This document shows, piece by piece, positions 38,522-47,855 of a DNA stretch of 64,000 nt. Both the position numbers and the translations under genes were made by a program. Positions within the stretch are counted from its first letter, which is position 1, and every line of letters begins with the position of its first letter. Source of the DNA: Deltaproteobacteria bacterium (lineage in GTDB: Bacteria > Myxococcota_A > UBA796 > UBA9615); assembly GCA_002724675.1 (NCBI GenBank), contig PBPL01000255.1, positions 23,553 through 87,552 of the forward strand, given 5' to 3'. The notes beneath the pieces are model-generated. The model was not told the DNA's origin, made no database searches, and saw only the letters and a program-made list of their open reading frames with translations.

Positions 38522-39675
38522 AGCTTCGCCTCCCCTCTGCCCAGTCCCTGCGGGAGAACATCGGACTCAAGATCCTGTCGCTGTTGCTCGCCTTGTCGGC
38601 TTGGATGCTGGCGCAGGGAGAGCAGACCTACCACGCCACGGTGGTGGTGCCGGTGGAGTATCGCTTTCCCGAAGGCTTGATCCTCTCTGGAGACACTCCC
38701 CCTCCGGATCAGGTCGTAATACAGACCTCCGGTTCCCGAGCCGCCATGAAGGCACTTCAAGAAGAGGTCCGCGCCATTGAGATCGTCTACGAGGTTGACC
38801 TCCGCTACGCCGAACCCGGCCGCACGATCCACACGTTCCGGCAGTTGCCAGAGGGCTTGCCGGACCAAGTGACAATCCACACCGTGTCCCCAGCCGAGGT
38901 GGAGTTGGTCCTCGATGTGTTGGTGAGCCGCACGCTGCCAGTCGAGATCCGGACTCGCGGAGAGTTGCCCGAGGGCTACGCCGAGACCGCGCGCTCCACT
39001 CAGCCAACCAACGTGGAGATCCGCGGTGGACAGAGCAAGCTCAAGGACATCGACGTGCTCTACACGGAAGCGGTTCGGCTCAACCAACGCACCGCCGACT
39101 TCGAGACCGAGCTCGCCCTCGACATGAGCAACTTGGACATCCACCCATCCAGCCCATCTACCGTAATTGGGGCCATGAGGATCCAAGAGGTGCCTGGTCG
39201 ACGCGGGCTAGACACCTTGCCTATCCAGCTCCCCGAAGAGGCGGCTGGCTTGGAACTGAGCCCGGCCGATTGCTCGGTTTCCCTGGAGGGGCCGCTTCCG
39301 GTACTCCTGGACCTGGGGCCAGCTGCGGTGACGGCTCATCTGAGGGCGAGCGCACAAGCCCTGGGTGCCATGGGGCCCACGACCACAGTGCCCTGGCTGC
39401 TGGACGGAGACCCTGCTGAGGGGCCCCACCTTCAGATCATCATCGAACACCCACGAGCCGACGACGTAAAGGTAGCCTCGGTCGATCCGAGCACCTACAC
39501 CCTCACCGGCTCGCCGAGCAACCCGCCGGCACGGAGGTCGACACCAGCAGCCTCCCGCAGTACCCCGGCCGAGCCTGAAGCGTCCGGCGTGGGCCCCGCT
39601 GATCCTGCGGATCCTCCCGCCGAGTCCAGTGGTTCGCCCTCTCCATCGACCGAGCCGGTCGCAACAGGCGGCTGA
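38518..39675 (+). CDS. cdaR: CdaA regulator CdaR (YbbR-like domain protein)
   Basis: N-terminal TM (ILSLLLALSAWML). Repeated YbbR-like beta-rich modules. Position between cdaA and glmM. ATGA coupling. Confidence 0.7.
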   Translation: MKLRLPSAQSLRENIGLKILSLLLALSAWMLAQGEQTYHATVVVPVEYRFPEGLILSGDTPPPDQVVIQTSGSRAAMKALQEEVRAIEIVYEVDLRYAEPGRTIHTFRQLPEGLPDQVTIHTVSPAEVELVLDVLVSRTLPVEIRTRGELPEGYAETARSTQPTNVEIRGGQSKLKDIDVLYTEAVRLNQRTADFETELALDMSNLDIHPSSPSTVIGAMRIQEVPGRRGLDTLPIQLPEEAAGLELSPADCSVSLEGPLPVLLDLGPAAVTAHLRASAQALGAMGPTTTVPWLLDGDPAEGPHLQIIIEHPRADDVKVASVDPSTYTLTGSPSNPPARRSTPAASRSTPAEPEASGVGPADPADPPAESSGSPSPSTEPVATGG

Positions 39676-39680
39676 CCCCC

Positions 39681-41042
39681 ATGGGATTGTTCGGTACGGA
39701 TGGGATCCGTGGACGGGCCGGCGAAGGGCCCCTTAGCCCGGGCTCTGTGCACCGGATCGGACAGGCCATGGGGGAGGTCCTCCGCTCCGCATCGGGACAG
39801 ACCGAGGTCGTCGTCGCACGGGACACCAGAGAGTCCGGAGAGGCCCAGCAAGCAGCACTGGCTGCTGGGCTGGAGGAAGCCGGCGCTCGCGTAATTGATC
39901 TGGGCATTCTCCCCACCCCAGCCCTCTCCTGGCATCTAGGACAAGCCCAGGGGCTGGCTGGCGGGGTGATGATCACAGCGAGTCACAATCAATGGCATGA
40001 CAACGGTCTGAAGCTCTTCGGGAGCGACGGGGCCAAGGTCGCCGACGCCCTCGAAGACGCCTGCGAGGCACGCTATCTCGAGCTGGTGGAGGGCTCTGGG
40101 GAAGCCGAACTGTCGGACACTCCGGATCCGGGCCATGCCCGAACCGAGTCGCAGCACGCCCAGGTGCAGGAGGCGTATCTAGCTTCACTCACTTGTCCCA
40201 GCGACCTCACCGGCCGCTCGGTCGTGGTCGACAGCGCGGCGGGGGCGACCTGGCACACACTTCCCGCAGCCTTTCGATCAGCTGGGGCTCAGGTGGATCA
40301 CATCAGCCCCGAACCCAACGGTCGAAACATCAACCACAACTGTGGCGCAACACAACCCGAGTCCTTGGCTGCGGCGGTGGTTCGGCAAGGGGCCTGGGGA
40401 GGGGTCGCGGTGGACGGAGATGGCGACCGACTGATCCTGGTGGACGAGCTGGGGGCCATCCACGACGGCGACATCATCCTCGGCGTGCTGGCCGATGCCA
40501 TGAAGCAAATGGGCTTGTTCCGAGGGGAAGCGGTCGTCGGAACGGTGACCACCAACGGCGGCCTCGCCGAGTTTCTGAAGGGCCTAGACCTGTCGCTGAT
40601 CCGAACGGACGTAGGTGATCGACACGTGGCGAGACGCATGCTCCAAGAGGGCTGCAACCTCGGAGGCGAGAGTTCTGGGCACATCCTGACCCCTGACCTG
40701 TGTCCTACCGGTGACGGCACTCGAGTGGCTCTCTGGCTCCTGGGGCATGCGTCACAGCAGGACCAGCGCTTGTCGACGCTGATGAGCACCGTGCCCCGTT
40801 ACCCAGTAGCCAACCGCAAGGTGGATGCAAGACACAAACCGCAGCTGTCCGGCCTCTCAGGCCTCCAAGACGCCGTCACGGAAGTCGAGGAGGCGCTCGA
40901 CAACCGCGCGGGCAGTGTCTTGCTGCGCTATTCGGGCACGGAGCCTGTGTTGCGCATTCGTGTCGAGGGTCCCGACGGAGATCTGGTACAACGCTGTGCG
41001 GATCGGCTAGCCGCTTGCGCTGCTCAAGCCCTGGCGGGCTGA
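39681..41042 (+). CDS. glmM: Phosphoglucosamine mutase
   Basis: GLFGTDGIRG at the N-terminus and the active-site loop ITASHNQWHDNGLK (E. coli SASHNPFYDNGIK). Confidence 0.9.
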   Translation: MGLFGTDGIRGRAGEGPLSPGSVHRIGQAMGEVLRSASGQTEVVVARDTRESGEAQQAALAAGLEEAGARVIDLGILPTPALSWHLGQAQGLAGGVMITASHNQWHDNGLKLFGSDGAKVADALEDACEARYLELVEGSGEAELSDTPDPGHARTESQHAQVQEAYLASLTCPSDLTGRSVVVDSAAGATWHTLPAAFRSAGAQVDHISPEPNGRNINHNCGATQPESLAAAVVRQGAWGGVAVDGDGDRLILVDELGAIHDGDIILGVLADAMKQMGLFRGEAVVGTVTTNGGLAEFLKGLDLSLIRTDVGDRHVARRMLQEGCNLGGESSGHILTPDLCPTGDGTRVALWLLGHASQQDQRLSTLMSTVPRYPVANRKVDARHKPQLSGLSGLQDAVTEVEEALDNRAGSVLLRYSGTEPVLRIRVEGPDGDLVQRCADRLAACAAQALAG

Positions 41043-41056
41043 ACCCGACCTAGCCT

Positions 41057-41824
41057 TTGGGTTTGCGCAACCCAACCAACCATCAGAATGAGGAGAGAAC
41101 GGTGGGAGCAGAACTCGGCGTCAACGTGGACCACGTCGCCACAGTCCGACAGGCGCGCGGGGTGACCTACCCCGATCCGGTGCGAGCGGCCGCAGCCGCA
41201 GAGGACGCCGGAGCCGACCAAATCACGGTCCACATCCGCATGGACCGGCGACATATCCAGGAACAGGACCTCATCGACCTCAGCCACTCCGTTCGCACTC
41301 GTCTCAACGTGGAGATGGCGGCAACGGACGAGATGATGGCCATCGCGCTCCGCCTGCGCCCCCATCAGGTCACCCTGGTACCCGAACGCGAAGGTGAGGT
41401 CACCACCGAAGGTGGCCTCGACCTCCGCGACACTCCAACACGGGACTCTGTGGCCAGCGCGGTGGCTGCGCTCCAAGAGGCCGGCATCCGAGCGGCGATC
41501 TTTGCCGACCCCGACCCCGACCAGGTAGAGGCTGTCGCAGCCAGCGGAGCGCAGGTGATTGAGCTCAACACCGCGGCTTACGCAGAAGCCGAAAGTGAAG
41601 AGGCTGTTCTGCGCGAACTAGGGCGGGTGGAGAGCGCCGCCGCCAGCGCAGCGAACGCTGGACTCTACGTGGCCGCCGGACATGGGCTGCATTATCAAAA
41701 CGTGGAGCCACTCACCCGGTGCGGTCTGATCCGCGAGTTCAACATCGGGCATTCGCTGGTGGCGCAGGCCATCTTCGACGGACTCTCCACAGCGGTTCGG
41801 AACATGAAGGTGCTGATCTCGTGA
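41057..41824 (+). CDS. pdxJ: Pyridoxine 5'-phosphate synthase
   Basis: LGVNVDHVATVRQARG matches the PdxJ N-terminal signature. The start may be downstream of 41057. Confidence 0.85.
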   Translation: MGLRNPTNHQNEERTVGAELGVNVDHVATVRQARGVTYPDPVRAAAAAEDAGADQITVHIRMDRRHIQEQDLIDLSHSVRTRLNVEMAATDEMMAIALRLRPHQVTLVPEREGEVTTEGGLDLRDTPTRDSVASAVAALQEAGIRAAIFADPDPDQVEAVAASGAQVIELNTAAYAEAESEEAVLRELGRVESAAASAANAGLYVAAGHGLHYQNVEPLTRCGLIREFNIGHSLVAQAIFDGLSTAVRNMKVLIS

Positions 41825-43440
41825 CCGCCGGCGCCCCGGTGCCGGGGCTTGCTCTGCTCTCCAGCGAGCAAATGGCCGAGTTGGATCGCCGCACCATCGA
41901 AGATGCTGGGGTTCCCGGCATAGCGCTCATGGAGGCCGCTGCTCGGGCGTGCGTGGACGTCCTGGCGAGTCGCTTCCAAGATCGGCTGCGTCACGGAGTC
42001 TCGATCTTGTGCGGTCCCGGCAACAACGGCGGTGACGGTCTCGCCATAGCTCGCCTCCTGGCGGAGCGCGGTGTCGAAGTCAGGACACTCCTGCTGGGTG
42101 ACCCGAGGCAAATGCGTGGGGACGCGGCAGTCCAGGTAGAGCAAGCGCAAGGAGCGGGCCTGACCCTGGGTTCTCTGGAGCACCCCTGGTCACCCGGTGC
42201 GATGGTGGTGGACGCCCTGTTCGGAACGGGGCTGTCGCGTCCTGTGGAAGGTCTTGCAGCGGCTTGCATTGAGCAAATGGTCCGCGCCCGCGACAACGGC
42301 GCAGCCATCCTGGCGGTGGACATCCCGTCGGGCATCAGCGGCACCACTGGCGAGGCCCTGGGCCCGGCTGTTCACGCAGACATCACGGTCACCTTTCACG
42401 CTCCAAAGAGGGGGCACTTTCTCTACCCCGGGCGAGAGCGACGCGGCGAGTTGTTGGTCGCCGACATCGGCATCCCCAGGGGCCGGTGGCCAGAATTGAG
42501 CCAAGATGCGCCCCGACTGGTGGAGGGATCGACTCTGTCCCAACGGGTCCCTAGGGGGCCACAGGAAGGACACAAAGGCACCTTCGGACACGTGCTGGTA
42601 GCTGCAGGGGGGCCGGGAAAAGCCGGGGCCGCGCGGCTCTGCGCCGAAGGAGCCCTCCGAGCTGGCGCCGGCCTCGTCACGCTGGCGCTTCCTGAGGCGC
42701 TGCTGCCAGACAGCGTTGCAGAACTGGCTCCTGAAGTGATGATCGAGCGGGTCCCGGGAACACCGAATGGCTGCTTTGGCCCCACCTCCGTAAGACCTCT
42801 CCTCGAGCTTGCCCACAGCCGCCAGGCGCTGGCTATCGGCCCCGGAATAGGAACAGCTACCGAGACCATCCAGGCGGTGTTGAACGTCCTCGAGAAGATC
42901 AACATCCCGCACGTGGTGGATGCTGACGCACTCAACTGCCTCGCCATCGGTGGGATCCCGAAGCATGGGGGCGGGGCCGCGCGGGTGTTGACCCCTCACC
43001 CCGGAGAGATGCGCCGTCTCCTCCCAGGTTCAGAAGCCGAACGACTCGGGGATCGACTGGCCAGCGTGCGACAGCTGGCTAGGGAGGCGGGCGGCATTGC
43101 CCTCCTCAAGGGAGCAAGCACACTAGTAGCCGATACCTCGGGCGAAGCCTGGGTGAACACCACCGGGAACCCGGGCATGGCCACAGCAGGGTCCGGCGAC
43201 GTCCTGACGGGAATGATTGGTGCACTGCTGGCCCGTGGTCTCTCCGGTGCCGAAGCGGCCACCACCGGCGCGCTGTGGCATGGACTTGCGGGAGATCAAG
43301 CAGCCCTGCAACATGGCGAGCCGTCGATGCTGGCCTCCAACATTCTCGCCCACCTGGGGAGCGCCTGGTTGGCGGCTCATGAAGGTCGGGTGCCAGCAGC
43401 AACTGGGTTCATCCCCCTGCCAGGAGAACAGGCACCATGA
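41821..43440 (+). CDS. nnr: Bifunctional NAD(P)H-hydrate epimerase/dehydratase (YjeF_N + YjeF_C)
   Basis: YjeF_N motif ILCGPGNNGGDGL. C-terminal GSGDVLTGMIGALLARG. GTG at 41821 overlaps the pdxJ stop. Confidence 0.8.
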   Translation: MTAGAPVPGLALLSSEQMAELDRRTIEDAGVPGIALMEAAARACVDVLASRFQDRLRHGVSILCGPGNNGGDGLAIARLLAERGVEVRTLLLGDPRQMRGDAAVQVEQAQGAGLTLGSLEHPWSPGAMVVDALFGTGLSRPVEGLAAACIEQMVRARDNGAAILAVDIPSGISGTTGEALGPAVHADITVTFHAPKRGHFLYPGRERRGELLVADIGIPRGRWPELSQDAPRLVEGSTLSQRVPRGPQEGHKGTFGHVLVAAGGPGKAGAARLCAEGALRAGAGLVTLALPEALLPDSVAELAPEVMIERVPGTPNGCFGPTSVRPLLELAHSRQALAIGPGIGTATETIQAVLNVLEKINIPHVVDADALNCLAIGGIPKHGGGAARVLTPHPGEMRRLLPGSEAERLGDRLASVRQLAREAGGIALLKGASTLVADTSGEAWVNTTGNPGMATAGSGDVLTGMIGALLARGLSGAEAATTGALWHGLAGDQAALQHGEPSMLASNILAHLGSAWLAAHEGRVPAATGFIPLPGEQAP

Positions 43441-43973
43441 CACCATCGGCTTGGACGACAACGCTCTCCGACGATCAGGCCACAAGGGCCCTGGGCGCCC
43501 AGGTGGCCCAGGTGGTGGGAGAGGGGGAAGTGCTGGGCCTGTGTGGTCCACTGGCAGCCGGCAAGACGACATTCTGTCAGGGGCTAGCACGAGGCCTCGG
43601 CGTGCCCGAAGAGGTCGCTGTACGAAGCCCCACGTTCACACTCTGCAATGAGTACAGCGGCCGGCTGCCCATCTTCCACCTAGACCTCTATCGCCTGGGC
43701 TCCGAGGACGAGGCCGAGGTCCTCGGCTTCCGGGAGCGTGTGGGCACCGTCGGCGTCTCTGTTGTGGAGTGGGCCGACTTGTTCCCAGACCTCTTTCCTT
43801 TGCATACGGTGTGGATCCAGCTAGAACACCTCGGCGCCCGCCGACAGGTGACGATCTGGCCGGGCAACTCTCACCTCGCCGCAATTCTCCCCACCCTGAG
43901 CTTGCCCAATCCAGGAGGCCATGAGCCGTGGACAGAGCAGAGTCGACCCATGCCCTGGGAATGTTCTCCCTAG
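43437..43973 (+). CDS. tsaE: tRNA t6A biosynthesis ATPase TsaE (YjeE)
   Basis: P-loop GPLAAGKTTF and the usual position after nnr. Confidence 0.75.
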   Translation: MTPSAWTTTLSDDQATRALGAQVAQVVGEGEVLGLCGPLAAGKTTFCQGLARGLGVPEEVAVRSPTFTLCNEYSGRLPIFHLDLYRLGSEDEAEVLGFRERVGTVGVSVVEWADLFPDLFPLHTVWIQLEHLGARRQVTIWPGNSHLAAILPTLSLPNPGGHEPWTEQSRPMPWECSP

Positions 43974-44359
43974 CCCTCGTGATGCTGCTGGCGCTGGTCC
44001 CCACCTTGTCGGTGGAAACCGACCCGTCCGGCGGGACCGAGTCGGTGGATCTGGCCGCTATGGGTGTCCCCCTGGCCACCCGAGTGTCCCTGGGCGACCC
44101 AATGCCATCGGACAGCGGGGATGCTCGGGCCTGGAGAGCTATCCCAGGAATTGGCCCGACACTCAGCGGGCGCTTGGCGCACTGGGGGGCCCAAGGTCTT
44201 CTCCAACAAGAGGGCGACCTGTTGCCGGTTCCAGGCATTGGGCCCAAGATGGCAGCCAAAATCAGCCCGTGGATCCTCTGGCGGGAACCTAGGGCACACA
44301 CCGTGCTCACAAACCCCGGGCCATCCGAGCCACACTCTCCGAGCGGGACGAACCAATGA
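43961..44359 (+). CDS. ComEA-like helix-hairpin-helix DNA-binding protein with an N-terminal membrane anchor
   Basis: MFSLALVMLLALV anchor. Two HhH motifs, IPGIGPTLSGRL and VPGIGPKMAAKI. The start is ambiguous (43928 or 43961). Confidence 0.5.
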   Translation: MFSLALVMLLALVPTLSVETDPSGGTESVDLAAMGVPLATRVSLGDPMPSDSGDARAWRAIPGIGPTLSGRLAHWGAQGLLQQEGDLLPVPGIGPKMAAKISPWILWREPRAHTVLTNPGPSEPHSPSGTNQ

Positions 44360-45522
44360 ATCGCATCTACATGGATCACAACGCAACGACACCGGTGGAC
44401 CCCGAGGTGCGCGGTGCGATGTGGCCCTTTTACGAGCAGGAGTGGGGCAACGCGTCCTCGATTCACTGGGCCGGCAAGGCTCCCATTGACGCCATTGATA
44501 CGGCTCGCGAGGCGGTCTGCTCACTGATCAACGCCAGACCACGAGACCTCTTCTTTACGAGCGGCGGAACCGAGTCGGACAACTCCGCACTGTTGGGCGT
44601 GGCTTTTGCGCTCAAGGAGCGTGGCCGCCACCTGGTGACAAGCGCCATAGAGCACAAGGCAATCCTCGACACGGCTGACTGTCTCGAATCTCTGCACGGC
44701 TTCGAGGTCACCCGCCTGGGCGTCGACAGCAAGGGTCGCCACGACCTGGACGCTTTCCGCGCAAGCCTGCGCGACGACACGGTGCTGGTATCGGTCATGC
44801 TGGCCAACAACGAGATTGGCAATGTGAATCCAATTAGAGCCATGGCCGAGATCGCCCACGAACGAGGGATCCTCGTGCACTGCGACGCGGTGAACGCGCT
44901 TGGCAAAGTCCCCATCGACGTGGAAGAGATGGGCGTCGATCTGCTGTCGATCTCCGCACACAAGATCTATGGGCCGAAGGGTGCCGGCGCGCTCTACGTG
45001 CGCAAGAAGACACCGTTCGAGCCCTTGATTCGGGGCGGGGGCCAGGAGAGGGGTCGTCGGTGCGGCACCTACAACACCGTCGGCATCGTGGGCTTCGGCA
45101 AGGCAGCAGAGCTGTGCGCCGAGCAGATGGCATCGGGGAGCAACGCCGCTGTAGCGTCGTTGCGAGATCGCCTGGAGGAGGGGCTCCTGGAGCGGGTCGG
45201 CGACGTCGAGATCAACGGAGACCCGTCGAGCAGGCTACCCAACACGACCAACCTGAGCTTCTCGGGAGTGGACGGCGAAGGACTCGTACTCAACCTCGAC
45301 TTGAAGGGCATTGCTATAAGTACTGGTTCTGCCTGCACTTCTGGGTCGCTCGATCCCAGCCATGTGTTGGTGGCTCTGGACAAAGATCCGGTGTGGCTGG
45401 AGGCTGCTATTCGGTTCAGTCTCGGGCAATCCAACACCGAGGAGCAGGTGGACCACGTCATCGATGTTGTCGCCACCGAGGTGGCCCGACTTCGCCAAAT
45501 TCAGCAGTCGGCCAGCGCGTGA
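44356..45522 (+). CDS. Cysteine desulfurase (IscS/NifS family)
   Basis: PLP-lysine motif SISAHKIYGPKGAGALYV. N-terminus MNRIYMDHNATTP. Confidence 0.9.
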   Translation: MNRIYMDHNATTPVDPEVRGAMWPFYEQEWGNASSIHWAGKAPIDAIDTAREAVCSLINARPRDLFFTSGGTESDNSALLGVAFALKERGRHLVTSAIEHKAILDTADCLESLHGFEVTRLGVDSKGRHDLDAFRASLRDDTVLVSVMLANNEIGNVNPIRAMAEIAHERGILVHCDAVNALGKVPIDVEEMGVDLLSISAHKIYGPKGAGALYVRKKTPFEPLIRGGGQERGRRCGTYNTVGIVGFGKAAELCAEQMASGSNAAVASLRDRLEEGLLERVGDVEINGDPSSRLPNTTNLSFSGVDGEGLVLNLDLKGIAISTGSACTSGSLDPSHVLVALDKDPVWLEAAIRFSLGQSNTEEQVDHVIDVVATEVARLRQIQQSASA

Positions 45523-46616
45523 CTCTGCAGCTCCCCGCTCCCGGCGACCGTGTCGTCGTCGCCATGAGCGGCGGCGTGGACTCTTCGGTGGCCGCCGCGT
45601 TGCTTCACGAGCGGGGCTGTGAGGTGATCGGTATCACCTTGTCTCTCTACGAGGACCCGGACGGGGTCGAGGGGGGCTGCTGCACTCCCGAAGACGTCAC
45701 GGATGCCCGGCGAGTGTGCGCCGATCTCGGCGTGAGGCACTACGTCCTGAACTACAAGGACGCCTTCGAGCGCGCAGTCGTCAAGCCATTTGTGGACTTC
45801 TACCGACGCGGGCTGACCCCCAACCCCTGCGCCCAGTGCAACAACATCCTGAAGTTCGATCGACTGCTACGGCGCACCCGAGAGCTAGATGCCCGTTGGC
45901 TTGCGACGGGCCACTACGCTCGAATCCTGCGTGGAGACGATGGCGAGCTTCGCCTAGCGAGAGCCCAGGACGCCGCCAAGGATCAGTCCTATTTCCTGTA
46001 TGGCGTTCAGCGCTCGGCGCTGCCATTCATCACGTTCCCTCTCGGCGACCATCGCAAGGAGGAGGCGCGAGATGACGCACGGCGGCTAGGAGTGCGCACC
46101 TCCGACAAGCCAGACTCACAAGATGTCTGCTTCATCCCCGATGGGCGCACCGCAGAGTTCGTCCGGAAGCACGGTGGCGCCGCCGAGCCAGGACCCATCG
46201 TGGACGACTCAGGCCGCAGGTTGGGCTCGCACCAGGGACTCCACGCATTCACGGTAGGCCAGCGCCGGGGCGTCGGCGTCGCGTCCACGCACCCCCTGTA
46301 CGTTCTGCGGCTGGAGCCAGAGAGCCACACGCTCGTTGTGGGCTCGCCCGACAAGCTGGATGCAAGCGTCGTCCAGGCGGAAGGATGGAACTGGCTCCGC
46401 GAACCGGCGCTGGGGGAATCCCTCGCCGTCAAGGTTCGATATCGGAGCCCCCCGGCTCCCGTCGCCGCCCTCAAGAGCAAAGAGGAGTCGGTCCGAATCT
46501 CACTGGCTACTCCAGTGCGGGCTGTCGCCCCTGGGCAAGCAGTGGTCCTCTATGGGGGAGACCACATGGACGAGGTCCTGGGTGGCGGCACCATCGGAGC
46601 AACCACAGAGAACTGA
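45519..46616 (+). CDS. mnmA: tRNA-specific 2-thiouridylase MnmA
   Basis: PP-loop VVVAMSGGVDSSVAA and CAQCNNILKF. GTG start in a GTGA overlap with the desulfurase stop. Confidence 0.9.
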   Translation: MTLQLPAPGDRVVVAMSGGVDSSVAAALLHERGCEVIGITLSLYEDPDGVEGGCCTPEDVTDARRVCADLGVRHYVLNYKDAFERAVVKPFVDFYRRGLTPNPCAQCNNILKFDRLLRRTRELDARWLATGHYARILRGDDGELRLARAQDAAKDQSYFLYGVQRSALPFITFPLGDHRKEEARDDARRLGVRTSDKPDSQDVCFIPDGRTAEFVRKHGGAAEPGPIVDDSGRRLGSHQGLHAFTVGQRRGVGVASTHPLYVLRLEPESHTLVVGSPDKLDASVVQAEGWNWLREPALGESLAVKVRYRSPPAPVAALKSKEESVRISLATPVRAVAPGQAVVLYGGDHMDEVLGGGTIGATTEN

Positions 46617-46714
46617 GAGGAGCCCCTCGCCTACCAGCACAACACTCGTGGAGGTTGGCTAACGGGTCCCGTGGGTCGGTCGGCCCGTCCCGGAGTGCAA
46701 CGGGCGCGCCAGTC

Positions 46715-47227
46715 ATGCTAATAATGGGACCCACCTTGGAAGGGGGCCCTGTGATCGAGACGACCCGCTCCACCACCCGACCCAGCCCAGTAGCGAAGAA
46801 GGACTTTTCGTGCCTGCTCTTGGCTCTGATGCTCGCGTTCGGCGCAACCGCATCGGGCTGCCAGCAGAGCTGTGATGTCCTGTGCAGCGAGAACGCGCGG
46901 TATATCGACGGATGCCTGGAATATTGGGAAGCTCTGTGGCCCGACTTTGGCTACGACGGACGACGAGACTCGGACCAGACAGATGGTGATGGAGTCGCTG
47001 GAGACCAATACGAAGGTGGCCCAGCTGGTGAGTACCAGGAGCGCTGCCGTGAGCGGTACCAACTAGCGATCCAGTACTCGGAGATTCAAGACGCCAGGGT
47101 CATTCGACTGGGCTGCAGCGAGGATCTCCAGGCCCTTGCCAATTCCGTGGGCTGTCAGGACTACACGCCCAATGACGTGGAGCTAGACCCTGTAGAAGGC
47201 GACAACGGAGTGGCCCCGAGGCCCTGA
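46715..47227 (+). CDS. Small Cys-rich lipoprotein
   Basis: Lipobox LAFGATASGC followed by 8 Cys in about 130 aa. ATG at 46715 is within the longer ORF. Confidence 0.4.
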   Translation: MLIMGPTLEGGPVIETTRSTTRPSPVAKKDFSCLLLALMLAFGATASGCQQSCDVLCSENARYIDGCLEYWEALWPDFGYDGRRDSDQTDGDGVAGDQYEGGPAGEYQERCRERYQLAIQYSEIQDARVIRLGCSEDLQALANSVGCQDYTPNDVELDPVEGDNGVAPRP

Positions 47228-47231
47228 GGCC

Positions 47232-47819
47232 GTGCCCGCCTCCTGGGCAGGGACACCTGAGATTCGTAGCGCTCTCGCGATGGACAACAAGCACCGCACA
47301 ACAATGGGAGCGCAGCTAGCGGTTCTCGTGTTGGGTGTGGCCTTGTTGGGAGCGGGCTGTGCCCTCCGCGGTGGTCCGGGAGGCAAGGGCAAGGATCCGG
47401 ACATGTTCAGTGGCCTCGTGGTGGACTCCGACGGCCGCGCGGTGCCGTTTGCCAAGATCTCGATCCTCCCCGTAGGAGAGTGGGAAGAAGCCAAGCGCCG
47501 CAAGAAGGGCTTCGTGCCCCCCCCAGAAGGCTCGAGAGGGCTCGCGGTGACCACGGAAGGAGGACGTTGGTTGGTGGACCATATGAGCGACGACCTGGGC
47601 GAGGACGTGGCCCTCCCAAACGACTATTACTACGAGATCACGGTCTACAAGCCGGGCTTCCATCCCTGGAAGGACTCCATTCTCTATGAGCGCGGGACGC
47701 TCCAGGTAGATGTCACCCTGGACGCCGACGCCATTGAGATTGAGGACGAGGGGCACATGGTGGACACAGCAGTCGATGACACGAACACGGGCAAGGGCGT
47801 CCTCCGTCAGGGCGAGTAG
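47232..47819 (+). CDS. Hypothetical lipoprotein
   Basis: Lipobox LLGAGC. An alternative start at 47280 (MDNKH…). Confidence 0.4.
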   Translation: MPASWAGTPEIRSALAMDNKHRTTMGAQLAVLVLGVALLGAGCALRGGPGGKGKDPDMFSGLVVDSDGRAVPFAKISILPVGEWEEAKRRKKGFVPPPEGSRGLAVTTEGGRWLVDHMSDDLGEDVALPNDYYYEITVYKPGFHPWKDSILYERGTLQVDVTLDADAIEIEDEGHMVDTAVDDTNTGKGVLRQGE

Positions 47820-47855
47820 AGCCCCCGAGCCGAGGGACCCAACACGATCTAGAGC

